From: Candidatus Methylomirabilia bacterium
GTDB lineage: Bacteria > Methylomirabilota > Methylomirabilia > Rokubacteriales > CSP1-6
Assembly (NCBI GenBank): GCA_041497895.1
Contig: JBGQHJ010000080.1
Span: 1 to 22,661 of the forward strand
Direction of reading: 5' to 3'
DNA: 22,661 nt
The position numbers and the translations under genes were made by a program. The notes below the pieces were generated by a model that saw only the letters and a program-made list of their open reading frames with translations, ran no database searches and was not told the origin of the DNA. How positions within the stretch are numbered: the stretch's first letter is position 1; the number at the start of each line of letters is the position of its first letter. Shown in pieces: positions 19,578 through 22,661 of this stretch.

Positions 19578-19710
19578 CCCGGACACAAACCGACAACGGA
19601 TACCGACCGAGAGCAAGAGCGACCAAGGACAACCAAGGACCACCGACAACAGCATGACCAACCCACGAACCGACGGATGAACCACCAAGAGACCGGCCGA
19701 TGAACCAACC
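19578..19710 (+). repeat. T-poor, A/C-rich tract of degenerate short repeats
   Basis: Only 4 T in 133 nt. ACCAAGGAC twice, ACCGACAAC twice, GATGAACCA twice. Confidence 0.7.
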
Positions 19711-19738
19711 AGCGCGCGTCTCGAAGCGGTGGGGGGGC

Positions 19739-19770
19739 TTGGGGGAGGAGCGGCGCTCGCTCCCCCCCAA
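19739..19770. repeat. REP-like palindrome/hairpin
   Basis: TTGGGGG(A)GGAGCG-GCGCT-CGCTCCCCCCCAA: 13-bp stem, 1-nt bulge, 5-nt loop. Confidence 0.65.
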
Positions 19771-19775
19771 CTGAA

Positions 19776-20657
19776 ATGGACATCCTGATCCAGCAGATCG
19801 TCTCCGGACTCGCCACCGGGGGCATCTACGCGAGCCTGGCCCTCGCCCTCGTGATGATCTACCAGGCCACCGAAGTGGTGAACTTCGCCCAGGGCAACAT
19901 GGCCATGTTCAGCACCTACGTCGCCTGGTCGCTCCTGCAGGCGGGCCTGCCCTACTGGGTCACCTTCGCGATCACGGTGATCGTCGCCTTCGTGGGTGGC
20001 CTCGTGATCGAGCGCCTGGTGATCCGCCCGGTGGAGGGCGCGCCCATCCTCACCATCGTGATCGTGACCCTGGGCCTGCTCGTGATCTTCACCAGCGTGG
20101 CGGGCTGGATCTACTCCTATATTCAGAAGCCGTTCCCGAGCCCGTTCCCGGACAAGCCCATCCGTATCGGCCAGATCGTCTTCGGCGCGCACGACCTGGG
20201 CGCGATCGGCGTGACCCTCGTCATGCTGGTCCTGCTCTTCCTGTTCTTCCGCTTCACCACCCTCGGCCTGGCCATGCGCGCCGCCGCCCAGAACCCGGTC
20301 TCGAGCCGGCTCTGCGGCATCCGCGTGAGCTGGATGCTCGGTCTCGGGTGGGGCCTGGCCGCCGCCTTCGGCGCGGTGGCGGGCATGATGGTCGCCCCGG
20401 TGGTCTTCCTCGATCCGAACATGATGGGCGGCATCCAGCTCTACGCCTTCGCGGCGGCGACGGTGGGTGGCTTCACGAGCCCGCTCGGCGCGGTGGTGGG
20501 CGGTCTCCTGGTGGGAGTCACCGAGAACCTGGTCGGGACCTACGTCTCCTTCATCGGCACCGAGCTCAAGCTCACCGTCGCCCTCGCCATGATCATCATC
20601 GTCCTGCTCGTCCGACCGGCCGGCCTCTTCGGCCGCACCACCATCCGGCGCGTCTAG
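19776..20657 (+). CDS. livH: Branched-chain amino acid-type ABC transporter permease
   Basis: SGLATGGIY, VVNFAQG, TLGLAMRAAAQN, VRPAGLFG; multiple TM segments. Confidence 0.93.
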   Translation: MDILIQQIVSGLATGGIYASLALALVMIYQATEVVNFAQGNMAMFSTYVAWSLLQAGLPYWVTFAITVIVAFVGGLVIERLVIRPVEGAPILTIVIVTLGLLVIFTSVAGWIYSYIQKPFPSPFPDKPIRIGQIVFGAHDLGAIGVTLVMLVLLFLFFRFTTLGLAMRAAAQNPVSSRLCGIRVSWMLGLGWGLAAAFGAVAGMMVAPVVFLDPNMMGGIQLYAFAAATVGGFTSPLGAVVGGLLVGVTENLVGTYVSFIGTELKLTVALAMIIIVLLVRPAGLFGRTTIRRV

Positions 20658-20659
20658 GC

Positions 20660-21712
20660 ATGGCGGCGGACTCCGGGACCGGAGCGGCGGCGAAGACGGG
20701 GGCAGCCCGCGCGGAAGCCGTCGCCGCCCCGCGGACGACCGCCCGCGGGCGGTCCCTGCGCGTGGCGGCCCTGCTGGTCGTCGTGGTGGGCGCCGCCGCC
20801 CTGCCGCTGTTCGTGAGCGGCTTCCGGCTGTTCCAGTTCACCCAGGTCCTGATCTATGCGATCGCCCTCCTCGGGCTAAATCTATTGACCGGCTACAACG
20901 GGCAGTTCTCGCTCGGTCACGGGGCCTTCTACGGGATCGGGGCCTACACCACCGCCATCATGATCGACCGGTGGGGCATCGGCTACGGGTGGACGATCCC
21001 CGCGGCCGGGATCGTGTGCCTGGTCGTCGGCTTCCTGTTCGGCCGTCCCGCCCTGCGGCTCGAGGGGCTCTACCTCGCCCTGGCCACTTTCTCCCTGGCC
21101 CTGGCCGTGCCGCAGGTCCTCAAGTACTTCGAGGACTGGACCGGCGGCTCCCAGGGCATCGTGCTCAGCAAGCCCAAGGCCCCTCTTCACCTGCCCCTCA
21201 CCGAGGACCAGTGGCTCTACTTCCTGACCCTGGCGGTCGCGATCGTGCTCTTCGTCCTGGCCGCGAACCTGCTCGGGGGGCGCACCGGGCGCGCCATCGT
21301 CGCCATCCGCGACAACCACATCGCCGCCGAGGCGATGGGCATCAACAACGCGCTCTACAAGTCGGTCATCTTCGGGGTCAGCGCGGCCTACACCGGGATC
21401 GCGGGCGCCCTCAGCGCCATCGTCATCGCCTTCGTGGCCCCCGACTCGTTCGACGTCTTCCTGTCGATCACGCTCCTGACCGGGATCGTCATCGGCGGCT
21501 TCGGCACCATCTCCGGCGCCATCTACGGTGCCCTGTTCATCCAGTTCGTGCCCAATTGGGCCCAGGACATCTCAAAGGCCGCGCCCTGGGCCATCTTCGG
21601 GCTGTTCCTGATCGGCTTCATGTACGTGATGCCGCGCGGCATCGCCGGATTTCTCCACCTGGTGTGGATCCGGGCGACCAGGCAGGGAGTTACCAGGGGA
21701 GAGGGCCGGTGA
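20660..21712 (+). CDS. livM: Branched-chain amino acid-type ABC transporter permease
   Basis: GLNLLTGYNGQFSLGH, LEGLYLALAT, GRAIVAIRDN, MPRGI; ATG 20660. Confidence 0.93.
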   Translation: MAADSGTGAAAKTGAARAEAVAAPRTTARGRSLRVAALLVVVVGAAALPLFVSGFRLFQFTQVLIYAIALLGLNLLTGYNGQFSLGHGAFYGIGAYTTAIMIDRWGIGYGWTIPAAGIVCLVVGFLFGRPALRLEGLYLALATFSLALAVPQVLKYFEDWTGGSQGIVLSKPKAPLHLPLTEDQWLYFLTLAVAIVLFVLAANLLGGRTGRAIVAIRDNHIAAEAMGINNALYKSVIFGVSAAYTGIAGALSAIVIAFVAPDSFDVFLSITLLTGIVIGGFGTISGAIYGALFIQFVPNWAQDISKAAPWAIFGLFLIGFMYVMPRGIAGFLHLVWIRATRQGVTRGEGR

Positions 21713-21770
21713 CCCCTGCGGCCTTCGCGCGACCTGAGTGCTCCACACTCAACCTGAACGGGAGGAGCTC

Positions 21771-22661
21771 ATGAGTCTGTCGAAGCGATTCACTGCAGGT
21801 CTTCTACTGGCGACCCTGGCGGGGCTGGCGCCCGCGGGGGCGGCCTCGGCCCAGACGGTGGTGGGCGTCACCGCCACCGAGATCAAGGTCGGCCACACCA
21901 ATCCCTACAGCGGCAACGCCTCCGCCTACGGCACCATCGGCAAGACCATCGCGGCCTACTTCAAGAAGGTCAACGACGAGGGCGGGGTCAACGGCCGCAA
22001 GATCAACTTCATCAGCTACGACGACGGTTACAGCCCGCCCAAGACCGTCGAGATGGTGCGCAAGCTCGTCGAGCAGGACCAGGTGGCGCTCCTCTTCCAG
22101 ACCCTGGGGACGCCTTCCAACAGTGCCATCCACAAGTACATGAACCAGCAGAAGGTGCCGCACCTCTTCGTCGCCACCGGGGCCACCAAGTGGAACGACC
22201 CGCAGAACTTCCCGTGGACGATGGGCTACCAGCCCAACTACCAGACGGAAGGGCGCGTCTACGCGGCGTACGCGCTGAGCCACGTCAAGGACGCGAAGAT
22301 CGCCATCCTGTACCAGAACGACGACTACGGGAAGGACTACCTGAAGGGCTTCGAGGACGGCCTCGGCGAGGCCAAGAAGCTCATCGTGATGAAGCAGACC
22401 TACGAGGTGACCGATCCCACCATCGACTCCCAGATCGTCAACCTCAAGAACAGCGGCGCCAACGTGTTCTTCAACATCACCACGCCGAAGTTCGCGGCCC
22501 AGGCCATCAAGAAGGCTCATGAGATCGGCTGGAAGCCGCTGCACTTCCTGAACAACGTGTCGAGCTCGCTGGGGACGGTGCTGAAGCCGGCCGGCCTCGA
22601 CGCCTCCCGCGACCTGATCACCGCGCTCTACATGAAGGAAGTCACCGACCCCCAGTGGAAG
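21771..22661 (+). CDS. ABC transporter substrate-binding protein (LivJ/K-like fold); 3' end runs off the window
   Basis: GGAGGAG then ATG 21771. Signal peptide MSLSKRFTAGLLLATLAGLAPAGAASA, then EIKVGHTNPYSG, GGVNGRKI, YDDGYSP, YQNDDYGKD. Confidence 0.93.
   Translation, partial: MSLSKRFTAGLLLATLAGLAPAGAASAQTVVGVTATEIKVGHTNPYSGNASAYGTIGKTIAAYFKKVNDEGGVNGRKINFISYDDGYSPPKTVEMVRKLVEQDQVALLFQTLGTPSNSAIHKYMNQQKVPHLFVATGATKWNDPQNFPWTMGYQPNYQTEGRVYAAYALSHVKDAKIAILYQNDDYGKDYLKGFEDGLGEAKKLIVMKQTYEVTDPTIDSQIVNLKNSGANVFFNITTPKFAAQAIKKAHEIGWKPLHFLNNVSSSLGTVLKPAGLDASRDLITALYMKEVTDPQWK

Noticed and set aside
19578..19710. Repeat tract as a CRISPR array, DGR repeat or small ORF
   Set aside because: The repeats are only about 9 nt and irregular, there is no cas or reverse transcriptase gene in the window, and the overlapping ORFs are low-complexity and overlap liv genes.

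Overview
Very GC-rich bacterial DNA, almost entirely coding. Gene content and style (multi-GAF kinase, Liv-type ABC transporter, G/C-run palindrome) would fit Rokubacteria/Methylomirabilota, but that is an unverified inference. From 6992 leftward past the window edge, a tightly coupled minus-strand operon encodes an SDR, a lipoprotein with a candidate papain/YopT-like Cys-His-Asp triad, an LpxL-family acyltransferase, then KS, short inactive KS-like partner, ACP, second KS and a second inactive KS-like partner. This looks like a dissociated type II PKS/FAS with two KS/chain-length-factor (CLF) pairs, probably making a specialised acyl chain for a lipid, and is the most interesting part of the window. 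The middle holds an internally duplicated unknown membrane protein, RNase D, a 3-hydroxyacyl-CoA dehydrogenase-type SDR, a small membrane protein, a soluble 4xGAF histidine kinase with NarL-type and stand-alone receiver partners, an FAD oxidoreductase, a PNPOx-like protein and ettA. The right end is a livG-F-H-M-binding protein operon with an odd T-poor repeat tract and hairpin between livF and livH. Three genes appear to be (near-)leaderless. I saw no CRISPR array, tRNA, rRNA or mobile element.
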